A DNA stretch of 64,000 bases from Desulfobulbaceae bacterium (GTDB lineage Bacteria; Desulfobacterota; Desulfobulbia; Desulfobulbales; SURF-16), in contig JAQIBE010000263.1 in the NCBI GenBank assembly GCA_027859235.1, positions 3,568 to 67,567 of the forward strand. The letters run 5' to 3'. The notes under the pieces were generated by a model. The model saw only the letters and a list, made by a program, of their open reading frames with translations, ran no database searches and was not told the DNA's origin. How positions within the stretch are numbered: position 1 is the stretch's first letter; every line of letters begins with the position of its first letter. Positions 48,109-57,929 of the stretch are shown one piece after another. Made by a program: the position numbers and the translations under genes.

Positions 48109-51100
48109 CTACCAGTCCGACTTGTTCGGATAGTTCACGCGACCCTTGAAGTACTTCACGTTGAGCGACTTATCAATCAGCACGACACCAATAGAATGCG
48201 AAAACCGCCCTCTGCTTCGATAGGTCTCTTTCTCATAACGCTGAAGGTCGAAGAGCAATAGTAGCTCCCTGTCGTACTTCATCAGCACTTTCTTAAGTAC
48301 GCTTGATTTGCAGAGAAGCCTCAGCCCCGGATGAGGGCCGTCTTCTTGATTGGTTTCATCGCGCCCCCAGGCCTCGGCCCAGAGCGATAGCATCTCGTGA
48401 TTGTTATCCCAGAAACGTCCGAATGCATCCTGCCGTGTCAGCTTACATAACTCCGAATAGTCTTGAGCAAGACGCGGTCGAAGATTAGCGACCGAAACGC
48501 CATGTGGATCATGTTCATCCAGACGGGTTTCGCCGGATGGGCAGACAATCCAAGGTGAGTACTCCTTCTTCTCGCTGCGAAGATATTCGTCATCGTCTTC
48601 GCAGCCCTGGAAAGTAGGTACATAGGCCAGTATGGGCTTTTCGCGGATGAGCTTTCTCGCAAACTGCGCAGCCCTTTTGGGCGAAACAAGCGCAGAGGAT
48701 AATCTGACTTCAACACCATCGGATGAATACCATCTGCCCTGAATAATCAGTTCCCTGTCAATCCCTTTTTCAATGTCGAGGGCGGCGAGTCCAATAATCT
48801 TCTTCTGATCGCCGGTTATCGCGAGCCCCTTCTTCTTAGATTCAAGCAGCCTCACAGAGGCGTCATCAGGCGTCCTGTCCGTTCCATCGGAAAGCCATAA
48901 GCCATCCTTGCGCGTAAGTCCGTAGCGGCCGAGCCACTCTCCCCAAGGGTCGTCCTCGTACCACCAGTCGTCGGTTACAGGATGGGCGGCAAGCAGCTTG
49001 CCAGCAGCGATGAATAGAGCATGCCAGCCGAGCTGTTGCCCATACCCGTGAAAGCGGGTCGTCATTTCATGAGAACTTCGCCCTCGCGACTCGCGGCCGC
49101 CATCCTCATACATATGCGTCATTGACGGATCGCTCTTTTGTACGATGCCCGACATCATGTCATCAACTTCCCAGCAGCCCTTGCCGAACACTTGGCTGAG
49201 GCTATCAACGTCATGCTTCTTAAATTCGTACTCCAAATGAAACCGAAAGGGCGGCTCGGGTACTGTCTTCGGACGGCCCTGGTAGAAGCCGCCGCCGTTG
49301 CGGCTCTTCTTTCGTAAACGCGGATGCGGGGACTTGTCGGCATTACGCACAAGCTTGAGCGTGGCTGCGTCAAGCGCCAGTTTGCTGCGATCTACACAGG
49401 CAAGAAGCGCTTTGGCGGCAAAGTGGCGCATAAGCACATGCGGCTCGTCTTTTTCCATGATGACAGCCAGGAGTAGATCCTTGTAACGCGCCACCTGATC
49501 GGGATGATCGATAGCGGCCCGCGCTAGGGTGATCAGGAGCCATAGCCGTGCATGCAGGTAATAGAACACGAGCTCTGGTGCCTGAAACGGTTCAGCAGTC
49601 TTCGTGTCGAAGGCGGCAACAACCGTGTCGACAATGCCCCAGCGCCCGAACTTTGCAAATCGGCGTATGCAGTGAGCCGCGCGCCATCTGTCAACCGCAT
49701 GTGGCGAACCGATGACACGCCATATTAGCCCAGCAGCGATTTCGTCGAAGTCATTTACTGGGTAGCAGCCAGCTTTCCACGAGCCGTCTGTTACGTTGTC
49801 GGCAATCCGTGCCGAGTCACTCGACAGGAGGCGCTTCAGCGCAAGCTGCCCCTGCCCTTCATCCGCTTCCGGGCATATGAAATTTGCGAACGCAAGCCAT
49901 ACTGATCCGGCGACGGTGCTATCAGGACGTGAGTAGACCTTTATCACCTCAACGACGAGTTCGGCCATGGGCACGCCCGTGAACTCGGATATCTCCTTAA
50001 TATTCGCCCCCGAGAATCGACCGTCATCGACCAAATCATCGGCATGGGCAAGAATCAGAGGCTGTGCCAGGCTCCTATAGACACCCGCAAGCGCCGCGGA
50101 TGATCCGCCCCAGGCTTCCTTCGCATCTTTCAGTTCTGTGAATTTCCAGTAGAAAAACAGATGCTCCAGATTGGCAACATTGCGAATGTATTGACCGCGC
50201 GCAGCAAAGGGCACTTTGGCACGCAGCGCAGAAAAGAAGCCGCCTTTTAGATCATACATATTCCCCAGCGCATTAAATCCGTCGATGGCCTTTACAAGCG
50301 ATGCCTCGTCAGTCGGGGCCGTCGCTTCGGCTATACGAACGAGTGCATCCTTGTTTTCACTGTCACGTTTGGCAGCTTCTCTACGCATCTTCGGATCTAA
50401 GTCACTGCTACTATCATACGCAGTATTGCGCCCTTGCCTTGCGGTCTCGTATCGGTCCCGCGCGGCTTTCAGGTGCTTAGTTAGATCATGCGATGCACTC
50501 AGCGCTTCGTCAGCCAGAGCGTAAAGTGTCTCGACAGTCTCGTCACTCGCTATCGTCGGATTGTCATCCTCGAACTGTGTTATCAGCTCCGTAATCACTT
50601 CGGCATCCGGCCCGGCTTGCTGGCGCAGCGCTTTCGAAAATTCTTTTGTGCCCGCAAAGAAATACTCCGCGGGTTCGGCAAGACGGTTAATACAAAGTGC
50701 ATCCTTCGGATCGATCTTTTCCGCTTCGAGCATGCCCGTAAGATAGGTGAGAAGCGTGTTGTTCAGAGCTACCCTGTTGCGGTCATCCCAGCGACTGAGC
50801 TTGGCCAGGCCACGCATCCCGGCTGCCTTTGCCATGCCGCGACCGTACGCACCCCAGAAAAACTTCTCGGGCTCCTCCCCCATATTGAGTTCGCAGATAT
50901 TGCTCAGCGTGTGAAAGTCACGTTCTTCCAGTTCGTCACCTTTCATCTCCGATGCGAACAAGAGCAGCTCATTCGTGAACAGGTAATCACCCGAACCGAT
51001 TGCATCCATCTGCTCCAGACCATTCCGGAAGTACGCAGCAGCCTCATCGAGGCTGGCTGGAAGTATTGCCCGGCCAAGAGTGCCAAAGAGAGATGCCCGA

Positions 51101-54100
51101 TAGGTAACGTCATCCTCTTTTTCGATCATCGCGCGCGCCGTTACGGCCTGCTCTCCTGCAATCGAGTGCAGCGGGGTTCGTTGCGCGAGAATCGCAATGA
51201 TACGAACCAAGTCACTGGCGTTGCTCATATGGGCGTGTACGGCCGTCAGCATGCGCTCTATGGACTGTGGCTTCAGCTCGCTGTGAGACCACAATGTGAA
51301 GAGAACAGCGTCAAGACCCAAGAATTGAAAGAAGGGATCGATATCCCCAACCCGGTAATGGTCGCGATTCTTTCGAGTCTGCTCCCAGGCTTCCACAAGC
51401 TCGACAAACCGCTTGTCGATGGTCCGCGCCGATGCCGTGAGTGCAGCCGACAGTGCCTCTGTGAGAGTAAGCAGCGGCTCCAGGCGGATGTCAAGAAAGC
51501 GCTCAGCAGCCTGCTGTTCATCATAGCTAATGGCATTAGTCGGCACGTTCTTGGTCTGTCCATCATCGTAACGCGGCTTGCGCGGAAGCTTGGAGAGCTG
51601 CTCCTTGGCCTTCTCTCGGAAGATTTTTCCAGAAATGGTCTTCGGAATGCGCGCGCAGACCGATACGAGCTCCTTTGGTAGTAGATCCTTCTCGTGAATA
51701 GCGCGCTTCTTTGCGGCAGCAAGCAGGGCAATCCGGAATATATAAACGAAGACATCGGTGCGGCTGAACGCGTCACGGTATGCCCAGATTCCGGGCCGGT
51801 CATGCCGCGCTCTTAGTGAAATAGATTGAGCCTCAGCGCCGAGGCCCAACGAGAGCGCGACGACGGCCGACTTCCTCAGGCCGTCTTCGAGTTCGTAGTT
51901 CTTGCGGCTTGAGTATCTTTGCGGCAAGTCAAGCTTCGTCACCTTCTTGCATAGAGCGGCAAGTTTTACGCAAAGCGGCTTGCGTCTAGAGTTCGCCAGC
52001 TCGTGAAACGACAAAGCAGCCGCAAGCGGACCGATACTGGAGAGCGCATCGATGAACTGGCCAGCCCGGCGAGCGGGCTGCGTTCCTAGCAAGGTGGCAA
52101 GATGCGTGTATCCGAGGACGAGCTGAGAGACTTCAAAGGCATACCAATCCCGCCAACCTGTGAGGTAGCTGGCCGCACCTTCTGTGCGACCTTCCGAGAT
52201 TAGAAAGAAACTTGAGGCAGCGATGTCGGCCTGGTCAGGAACCGGTCCACGATCAAAATCTTTCCGCTCTGTGCGCCGGTAATGCTGTATCCACTCTTCA
52301 TTTGCATGGGCATGACGGGTCGCCTCTGCCAGATCACCCGATAAAACATTGACGATAGTAAGACGCGCATGTCGGGTTCCTGGCCAAGCCGTTCTTATTT
52401 CAAATAGTCGCCGCCGGGCGTCAACATCTTCGGCAGCAACGACAAGATCAGGATGTTCCAGCAGGTAATCGGCTCCACGCTGATCAACCTCGGCTATGGT
52501 CGATAGCTCGACGAGCAGCCGCACAAGGCTGTTGTAGTCAACCTTGAGAGCCGCGTGCAAAGTGGCTGCCTTAAGCCGGGAATATTGAATATTGCGCTTA
52601 CCAACAGTGCTGGTAATTGAGGCGGGAATACGATCATCGAAAGCAAGTGCGAACAGACGCTCACCATCATCAAGTTCGTGTAACAGACGCGGAAGCGCAC
52701 GGGCTGCATACACCGACGCATCCTGGCGAGCAAGGAGATTGGATGCTACACGCTCAAGCGCATCACGTGATGTCGCGTATCGCTTGTGAATCAGCGTTTC
52801 CGTTGGCTCATCACGGAACATGAGCCCATGATTGGTGCGCTCCAGTAGAGGGCTCAGGTCTGAAGCAAAGCTCTCAATGGCGGCGAGATCCATGCCATGA
52901 GCGGCGGCATACTCATCCACCGGCACCGGCGGAGGAAGCACCGCCAGCCCTGCAAGAAAGGCACTGAGGTCATTCTCCTCATAACCTTGCTTTGTGGCCA
53001 AAGAGAGTGCATCCGTGATTCTTTGTTGAATCAGGTCATCCAGCTCAATGTCCTTGTTGACCTCGGATGGATCGAGAAGGCCACGACCTGCCTTGATCAG
53101 GTAATCCAGCACACGCGGATTCCCGCCGGACCGGGCGTGCGCGACGTTTACTTCTACGTTCGTGACGCTTTTTAGGCGCGCGCGCAAAAACGCGGCCGTT
53201 TCATCCTTGGTAAACGGGCATAGTTCGAATTCATCGAACTTGGCGTAGGTTTTTGGCTTGCGTTCTGTACGGCAGGATACGATTAGGTTTACGCCGTCAA
53301 TCGGTTCCGTATCGATACTCTCCAGCAGCTTGATGGGAAAGCAGTCTTCGCTTGCCTGACCGGCAGCAAAGGCTGCATTGTCGATGGCATCGATAAAAAT
53401 CGCCAGCTTGCGTCCTGGCATCATGCGCGAGATGGTGTTCAGGCACTGCGTAAGGCGGCGGCGGAATGTGCTGAGCAAAGTGTGCACATCAGGACTGTCC
53501 GGTAGCATCGGATCGCAGAGGCCGCGAAATGCCAGTGTATTCGCAATATGAATAAGCCCCTTTTTGGGTAGGTGTCGCGCGTCTTCCGGAGAGCGGTAAG
53601 CACCGCCACCAAAACAATCGAAGAAAACAACCTCGTGGTCCGTGGCTATCTTCGAGGCGAGCGAATCCATAAAGACTGTCTTGCCCACGCCACCGGTCGC
53701 ATGAATGAGAAGCGGCGTTGACGTGCTGCCGATGCGGGTCATGGCCTCGCGGAGCTGTTCCCGCGCCAGTACTTTGTCGACACCGGCGATGGCCGCTTCA
53801 CAGGGAAGCAGGTCCTTCGGGGAACCGATCTGAAGAGCGGCCAGCACGTCAGTGCGTCTGATCAGATTTCGGTCGGTACCAGCATAACCGGCTTTGTCGC
53901 GGACAAGTTCCCGAAGCTTCCCGAGCCGGGCGGCAGCAATCGGGTCACTCGTGGCAGACCAGTCAACGAGCAGGTTGGCAAGTTCGCCCTTTGTTTGCGG
54001 CAGGCTTCCGGAGCGGCCAATGATTTTGAGCTTTCGTGCAAATGCCGCCAGTGGCTTTCCCGACAAACCGGAAGCGGTCTCGAACTGCTTCGCCTGCTCC

Positions 54101-54588
54101 TTAACATCGCCAGTTGGGTTTGCTCCCGTTGCCGTAGCATCTATGGCTTGAAGCAGTAAATCGCTGATTGGCTGGTTTGTGACGAGCTGAAAGTCGAGTT
54201 TGTCTTCGACCGCTTTGGCACCGTACTTGCGTTTAAATGAGCGGTAAGTCTCGCCAAACTTTTCTACTGTCTTCTTTGCGTGAGAGGCACGGAAATCCTT
54301 GTTCTGATTAGCGATGGAGTATTTGAACTGGGCAAATGTCGTTCGGACGGCATTCTCGAAATTTGGCCGTGGGCCGTAGTAGAACGTCAGGTCAGCGACC
54401 TCGACTGTAGCAGCGGACGCCCCGGTCTGATCGTCAGGTGAAGGCCCTTCAACGGCGATTGCGGTCAGGTCGGTGTCGGGCCATAGCAACTGCGTCGCTT
54501 TACGCGCCGTCCAAGCCTCGTGAAACTCATGGCCGTCCCGCGATGCCCTGACTTTATCAATTTTTTTACTTCGTCTACCAAGCCCCAT
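48109..54588 (-). CDS. Avs/STAND-like NTPase with N-terminal Cap4/PD-(D/E)xK-like nuclease region and long helical-repeat C-terminus
   Basis: 2159 aa; N-term DGHEFHEAWTARKATQLLWP...VEVADLTFYYG...FAQFKYSI; P-loop LLIHATGGVGKTVFMDSLA; Walker B-like KLAIFIDAIDNA; long alpha-helical remainder. Confidence 0.78.
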   Translation of the reverse strand: MGLGRRSKKIDKVRASRDGHEFHEAWTARKATQLLWPDTDLTAIAVEGPSPDDQTGASAATVEVADLTFYYGPRPNFENAVRTTFAQFKYSIANQNKDFRASHAKKTVEKFGETYRSFKRKYGAKAVEDKLDFQLVTNQPISDLLLQAIDATATGANPTGDVKEQAKQFETASGLSGKPLAAFARKLKIIGRSGSLPQTKGELANLLVDWSATSDPIAAARLGKLRELVRDKAGYAGTDRNLIRRTDVLAALQIGSPKDLLPCEAAIAGVDKVLAREQLREAMTRIGSTSTPLLIHATGGVGKTVFMDSLASKIATDHEVVFFDCFGGGAYRSPEDARHLPKKGLIHIANTLAFRGLCDPMLPDSPDVHTLLSTFRRRLTQCLNTISRMMPGRKLAIFIDAIDNAAFAAGQASEDCFPIKLLESIDTEPIDGVNLIVSCRTERKPKTYAKFDEFELCPFTKDETAAFLRARLKSVTNVEVNVAHARSGGNPRVLDYLIKAGRGLLDPSEVNKDIELDDLIQQRITDALSLATKQGYEENDLSAFLAGLAVLPPPVPVDEYAAAHGMDLAAIESFASDLSPLLERTNHGLMFRDEPTETLIHKRYATSRDALERVASNLLARQDASVYAARALPRLLHELDDGERLFALAFDDRIPASITSTVGKRNIQYSRLKAATLHAALKVDYNSLVRLLVELSTIAEVDQRGADYLLEHPDLVVAAEDVDARRRLFEIRTAWPGTRHARLTIVNVLSGDLAEATRHAHANEEWIQHYRRTERKDFDRGPVPDQADIAASSFFLISEGRTEGAASYLTGWRDWYAFEVSQLVLGYTHLATLLGTQPARRAGQFIDALSSIGPLAAALSFHELANSRRKPLCVKLAALCKKVTKLDLPQRYSSRKNYELEDGLRKSAVVALSLGLGAEAQSISLRARHDRPGIWAYRDAFSRTDVFVYIFRIALLAAAKKRAIHEKDLLPKELVSVCARIPKTISGKIFREKAKEQLSKLPRKPRYDDGQTKNVPTNAISYDEQQAAERFLDIRLEPLLTLTEALSAALTASARTIDKRFVELVEAWEQTRKNRDHYRVGDIDPFFQFLGLDAVLFTLWSHSELKPQSIERMLTAVHAHMSNASDLVRIIAILAQRTPLHSIAGEQAVTARAMIEKEDDVTYRASLFGTLGRAILPASLDEAAAYFRNGLEQMDAIGSGDYLFTNELLLFASEMKGDELEERDFHTLSNICELNMGEEPEKFFWGAYGRGMAKAAGMRGLAKLSRWDDRNRVALNNTLLTYLTGMLEAEKIDPKDALCINRLAEPAEYFFAGTKEFSKALRQQAGPDAEVITELITQFEDDNPTIASDETVETLYALADEALSASHDLTKHLKAARDRYETARQGRNTAYDSSSDLDPKMRREAAKRDSENKDALVRIAEATAPTDEASLVKAIDGFNALGNMYDLKGGFFSALRAKVPFAARGQYIRNVANLEHLFFYWKFTELKDAKEAWGGSSAALAGVYRSLAQPLILAHADDLVDDGRFSGANIKEISEFTGVPMAELVVEVIKVYSRPDSTVAGSVWLAFANFICPEADEGQGQLALKRLLSSDSARIADNVTDGSWKAGCYPVNDFDEIAAGLIWRVIGSPHAVDRWRAAHCIRRFAKFGRWGIVDTVVAAFDTKTAEPFQAPELVFYYLHARLWLLITLARAAIDHPDQVARYKDLLLAVIMEKDEPHVLMRHFAAKALLACVDRSKLALDAATLKLVRNADKSPHPRLRKKSRNGGGFYQGRPKTVPEPPFRFHLEYEFKKHDVDSLSQVFGKGCWEVDDMMSGIVQKSDPSMTHMYEDGGRESRGRSSHEMTTRFHGYGQQLGWHALFIAAGKLLAAHPVTDDWWYEDDPWGEWLGRYGLTRKDGLWLSDGTDRTPDDASVRLLESKKKGLAITGDQKKIIGLAALDIEKGIDRELIIQGRWYSSDGVEVRLSSALVSPKRAAQFARKLIREKPILAYVPTFQGCEDDDEYLRSEKKEYSPWIVCPSGETRLDEHDPHGVSVANLRPRLAQDYSELCKLTRQDAFGRFWDNNHEMLSLWAEAWGRDETNQEDGPHPGLRLLCKSSVLKKVLMKYDRELLLLFDLQRYEKETYRSRGRFSHSIGVVLIDKSLNVKYFKGRVNYPNKSDW

Positions 54589-54936
54589 ATTTCATTCCAA
54601 TACACTGAGACCGGCTATGAATGACAACCGGAAGTTAACTGCTTGAGCACTACCATTTGCTCCACGAATGCCACATGCTCCTCAACAATCAGGCAAGAGC
54701 AGTTTGGCCGGAATTTTGACGCCGACAGCTAAGGGCACCCCTCTACAACCGGTCGTAGCTGATCGCAACTGGACACATAACGCCAAAGTTAACCCGCCAG
54801 CCGACCAGTTTGGTAATTAATTTTGCGCATTGTAATTTGTTGAATCTGGCTCAAGAAATCGCGCGTGCTCGCTGGTCGGCGTTGAACGCATTGTTCGGCT
54901 CGTCCTTGCACTTGAGTTTATATCTGCCTAATCTAT

Positions 54937-55863
54937 TTAGTAGATTTCCTCTTTTATTAGGCCTACACACGACAGGTTGATGACAGTTAACATGTTATCG
55001 CACATATGCTCGATTCCCATCAATGTTGATAAGTCAGGTGCGAACTTCTCTCCTTCTTGAAAGATATTGGGGAATGGACACCATGGTTGTGATGTTAATT
55101 TTGCAAATTCTTCGGTAACTAAGGGTTCATTATGGACTAATAAATTTCTTAGATGAGCGACAGTGTCGAGAGATTCTGCTACTCCATTTAATAGTTCGCC
55201 CATACCTCCCATTGAAAGTTTTGAAATTTGAATATATGAACTGAAGACTTTTTTTATACCATCATAAGCTTTTTTTCTGTGCCAAGTATTTAACCTTTCT
55301 GTCCATTGAATATCCCATTCTTTATTTAGTTCAGGATCTTCATTTTTTGTTCTATATAGCTTCCTTAAATCTCTAAACTGTTTGCCACGTAGAAGTGATG
55401 ATGGATTGTGGTTAAGAAAAATTTTATAAGATATAAATATATACTCTTCAATAGCACTATAAATCTCAATAATCCCATTTTCTGCAATCAAAGGTTGTAT
55501 AGTCTGATAGTTATCTGCTACTTCATCGCCATTCCATAAAGCGATTTTTGATCTGCCCATTGTTTTATCTTTCTGAACTCTAAATGAATCAATCCAAAAT
55601 TTTCCATTCTTTTTAAAATCATCATCAGAATATCTCTCGATAGCTTTTTCTATAGAATTGAGGCAAAGTGCCCATTTTATATATGCACTTCTAAATTTTG
55701 CTCGCCAATCACCTATTTGTTCTGTTGTTTCATTTAACCATTTTTGCCCTGCGGTTAGCGCAGGTACTATAATATTATTTGGACTGACAAATTCTGGTAA
55801 ATCAGTAGCATTTATATATTTATGTCCTACAAAATCTACTCTTTCTTTCATTCGCTTTCCCAA
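54937..55863 (-). CDS. hypothetical HEPN-like protein
   Basis: 308 aa; AHLRNLLVHNEP resembles the HEPN RxxxxH motif; located between defense genes. Confidence 0.5.
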   Translation of the reverse strand: MGKRMKERVDFVGHKYINATDLPEFVSPNNIIVPALTAGQKWLNETTEQIGDWRAKFRSAYIKWALCLNSIEKAIERYSDDDFKKNGKFWIDSFRVQKDKTMGRSKIALWNGDEVADNYQTIQPLIAENGIIEIYSAIEEYIFISYKIFLNHNPSSLLRGKQFRDLRKLYRTKNEDPELNKEWDIQWTERLNTWHRKKAYDGIKKVFSSYIQISKLSMGGMGELLNGVAESLDTVAHLRNLLVHNEPLVTEEFAKLTSQPWCPFPNIFQEGEKFAPDLSTLMGIEHMCDNMLTVINLSCVGLIKEEIY

Positions 55864-56496
55864 ATAAATATATAGTTAAAAACAGCTTTTGGTTAATTGA
55901 TTTATTAAAGCCGAACATTGTCAATACATAGAAAATGTCCATAGTATCATCCTATATCTGGACTGTTTTTCCGCCTATTCTGATATCAAGACTGGTTGTA
56001 TGGAAAAAGCTGTCCACTTATTACCGCAGTATCGATATTTTCCAGTTATTCACAGATAAGGATGTAATGTGGAAATAGTAGTTTAATCTTGTTGCCTCAC
56101 ATTCTTACGGAAACTAACCCCATCTTTGCTATTAATCAATCAGGACAATATATTATGAGCAAATAGCATAGGGAACCAATGCCAATCTTAACCATTTAAG
56201 AAAAACGGCCAGTTAACATTGTTCCTGATTATCTCTTCCCGATAAATTCATGAGCAAATTCTACTTTTAATCCGCTATTTTTCGGGGGGATTACCTTATC
56301 AATTATTTGTTGCGCCCCCCTTTTAAATTTCCAGACGTTGCCGTATTGTCTTTTCATTTTATAGCTAATCATCTAATTGAAGTGTTTAACTATTTGAATT
56401 TTTAGGGATTAATGAGTACTCTCGTTTTGTTAGGAGTAGGTCTTTTATATTTAGGGGCTCGGTGATGAATCTTTAGATATATGTTAACTTTTTAAC

Positions 56497-56682
56497 ATGG
56501 AAGATCGCTGGTTATCTGTTGAAGAAATAGCCAAATACTTATGTGTCAGCAAAGACACCATATCCAACTGGATCAATTGGAAAAATATGTCTGCTCATAA
56601 AGTTGGACGGTTATGGAAGTTCAAGCATGAAGAAGTTGATGAGTGGGTGAAATCAGATGGAGCTGCAGAAAGTGACAGATAG
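56497..56682 (+). CDS. excisionase/MerR-type helix-turn-helix small protein
   Basis: 61 aa; WLSVEEIAKYLCVSKDTISNWINWKNMSAHKVGRLWKFKHEEVDEWV. Confidence 0.88.
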   Translation: MEDRWLSVEEIAKYLCVSKDTISNWINWKNMSAHKVGRLWKFKHEEVDEWVKSDGAAESDR

Positions 56683-57286
56683 TAAGTACAAAATGTCCTT
56701 CACTTCCGGAGGCCTGTTTTTTAATGAATCACTGCAGGTTGCTGAATTATTTAATGAAATTGGTGATTGGCAGAAAACCCGTGATCACGTTTTATTAGAT
56801 AATTTTCTGCAGGCTCGAACAGAGAGCAGTGCCAAACGCAGAGCCCGAGAAATATGTTTTCGCTTAGAGTTGTTAACAGACGCCCAACTACAATTGCTCA
56901 TTTCAGGTTCACGACATGAACAGCAATACCTTCTCTGGGTGGCGGTCTGTAAACGCTACTCTTTTGTCCATGAATTTATGATGGAGGTTGTACGGGAAAA
57001 ATACCTGCGTATGGATCTCCATCTTCACTACCAGGATTACGAGATCTTTTTTGCCGACAAGGCCGAGTGGCATGAAGAACTGGAACACCTCCGGGACTCA
57101 ACACGGGCAAAACTTAGACAGGTTCTTTTTAAAATCATGCGAGAGTCAGAAATTCTGTCACCTGACAATATGATCATCCCCGGCCTTCTTACTGAACAAT
57201 TAACTAAGGTGCTGACGGCAGACCACCCCGCCTTACTTGCACTGTTCCCTGTGTCTGACATGGATATCAACTCATGGTTAGCGTAA
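56657..57286 (+). CDS. brxA: BREX protein BrxA (DUF1819)
   Basis: 209 aa; SFTSGGLFFNESLQVAELFNEIGDWQKTRD, RRAREICFRLELLTDAQLQLLISGSRHEQQYLLWVAVCKRYSFVHEFM. Confidence 0.9.
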   Translation: MELQKVTDSKYKMSFTSGGLFFNESLQVAELFNEIGDWQKTRDHVLLDNFLQARTESSAKRRAREICFRLELLTDAQLQLLISGSRHEQQYLLWVAVCKRYSFVHEFMMEVVREKYLRMDLHLHYQDYEIFFADKAEWHEELEHLRDSTRAKLRQVLFKIMRESEILSPDNMIIPGLLTEQLTKVLTADHPALLALFPVSDMDINSWLA

Positions 57287-57894
57287 ATTACGACATGAAC
57301 CAATTTTCAATTAATGACAGTTTCGATCATCTGCTTAAACTCATCAGCAGTGAGCGGTTTCTGAAGAAACAGGGGCTGGGCAATGAAGTCCCTTTTTTTA
57401 TATGCCCCTTTCCGCCTCAGAAGGCTGTGGACATGGAAAGGCTCCGTATTCAGTTACGAAATAAACTCGAACAACAGGGTATTCGTATTCTTGATATCAA
57501 TCTTTATGATCTGGCCGTTGATATCCTAAAAAAACGTAATATTTGGGATCGTATTCTTGAAACTGAAGGGTCTATAGACAAAGAGCATCTCAAAGAACTC
57601 CTGCAGGGCATTCTTGATTCACAAGCACACTTGATCCCTGCCATAGCAGAGGAAATGGCTAAAGCCGATTTTGATGTGATGTTTCTCTCCGGAGTTGGGG
57701 AAGTTTTTCCATACATTCGCTCCCACAATGTCCTGAACAACCTGCAAAGTACCGCCAAAGAAAGGCCTACTGTGATGTTCTTCCCTGGTGCTTATACCCA
57801 ATCTTTAGAAGGCGGCGCATCCCTGGATCTCTTTGACTGTTTACATGATGACAAGTATTACCGGGCATTCAACATTTTCCACTGCGAGATTTAA
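57274..57894 (+). CDS. brxB: BREX protein BrxB (DUF1788)
   Basis: 206 aa; LGNEVPFFICPFPPQKAVDMERLRIQLRNKLEQQG, VFLSGVGEVFPYIRSHNVLNNLQ-type motif, FFPGAYTQSLEGGASLDLF. Confidence 0.9.
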   Translation: MVSVNYDMNQFSINDSFDHLLKLISSERFLKKQGLGNEVPFFICPFPPQKAVDMERLRIQLRNKLEQQGIRILDINLYDLAVDILKKRNIWDRILETEGSIDKEHLKELLQGILDSQAHLIPAIAEEMAKADFDVMFLSGVGEVFPYIRSHNVLNNLQSTAKERPTVMFFPGAYTQSLEGGASLDLFDCLHDDKYYRAFNIFHCEI

Positions 57895-57929
57895 CCGGGA
57901 CAAACTACGCCCACATAAAAGGAAAACCC

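Noticed and set aside
50488-51681. 397-aa plus-strand ORF
   Set aside because: Antisense to the 2159-aa Avs-like gene; composition looks like a shadow frame of a GC-rich gene with no recognisable motifs.
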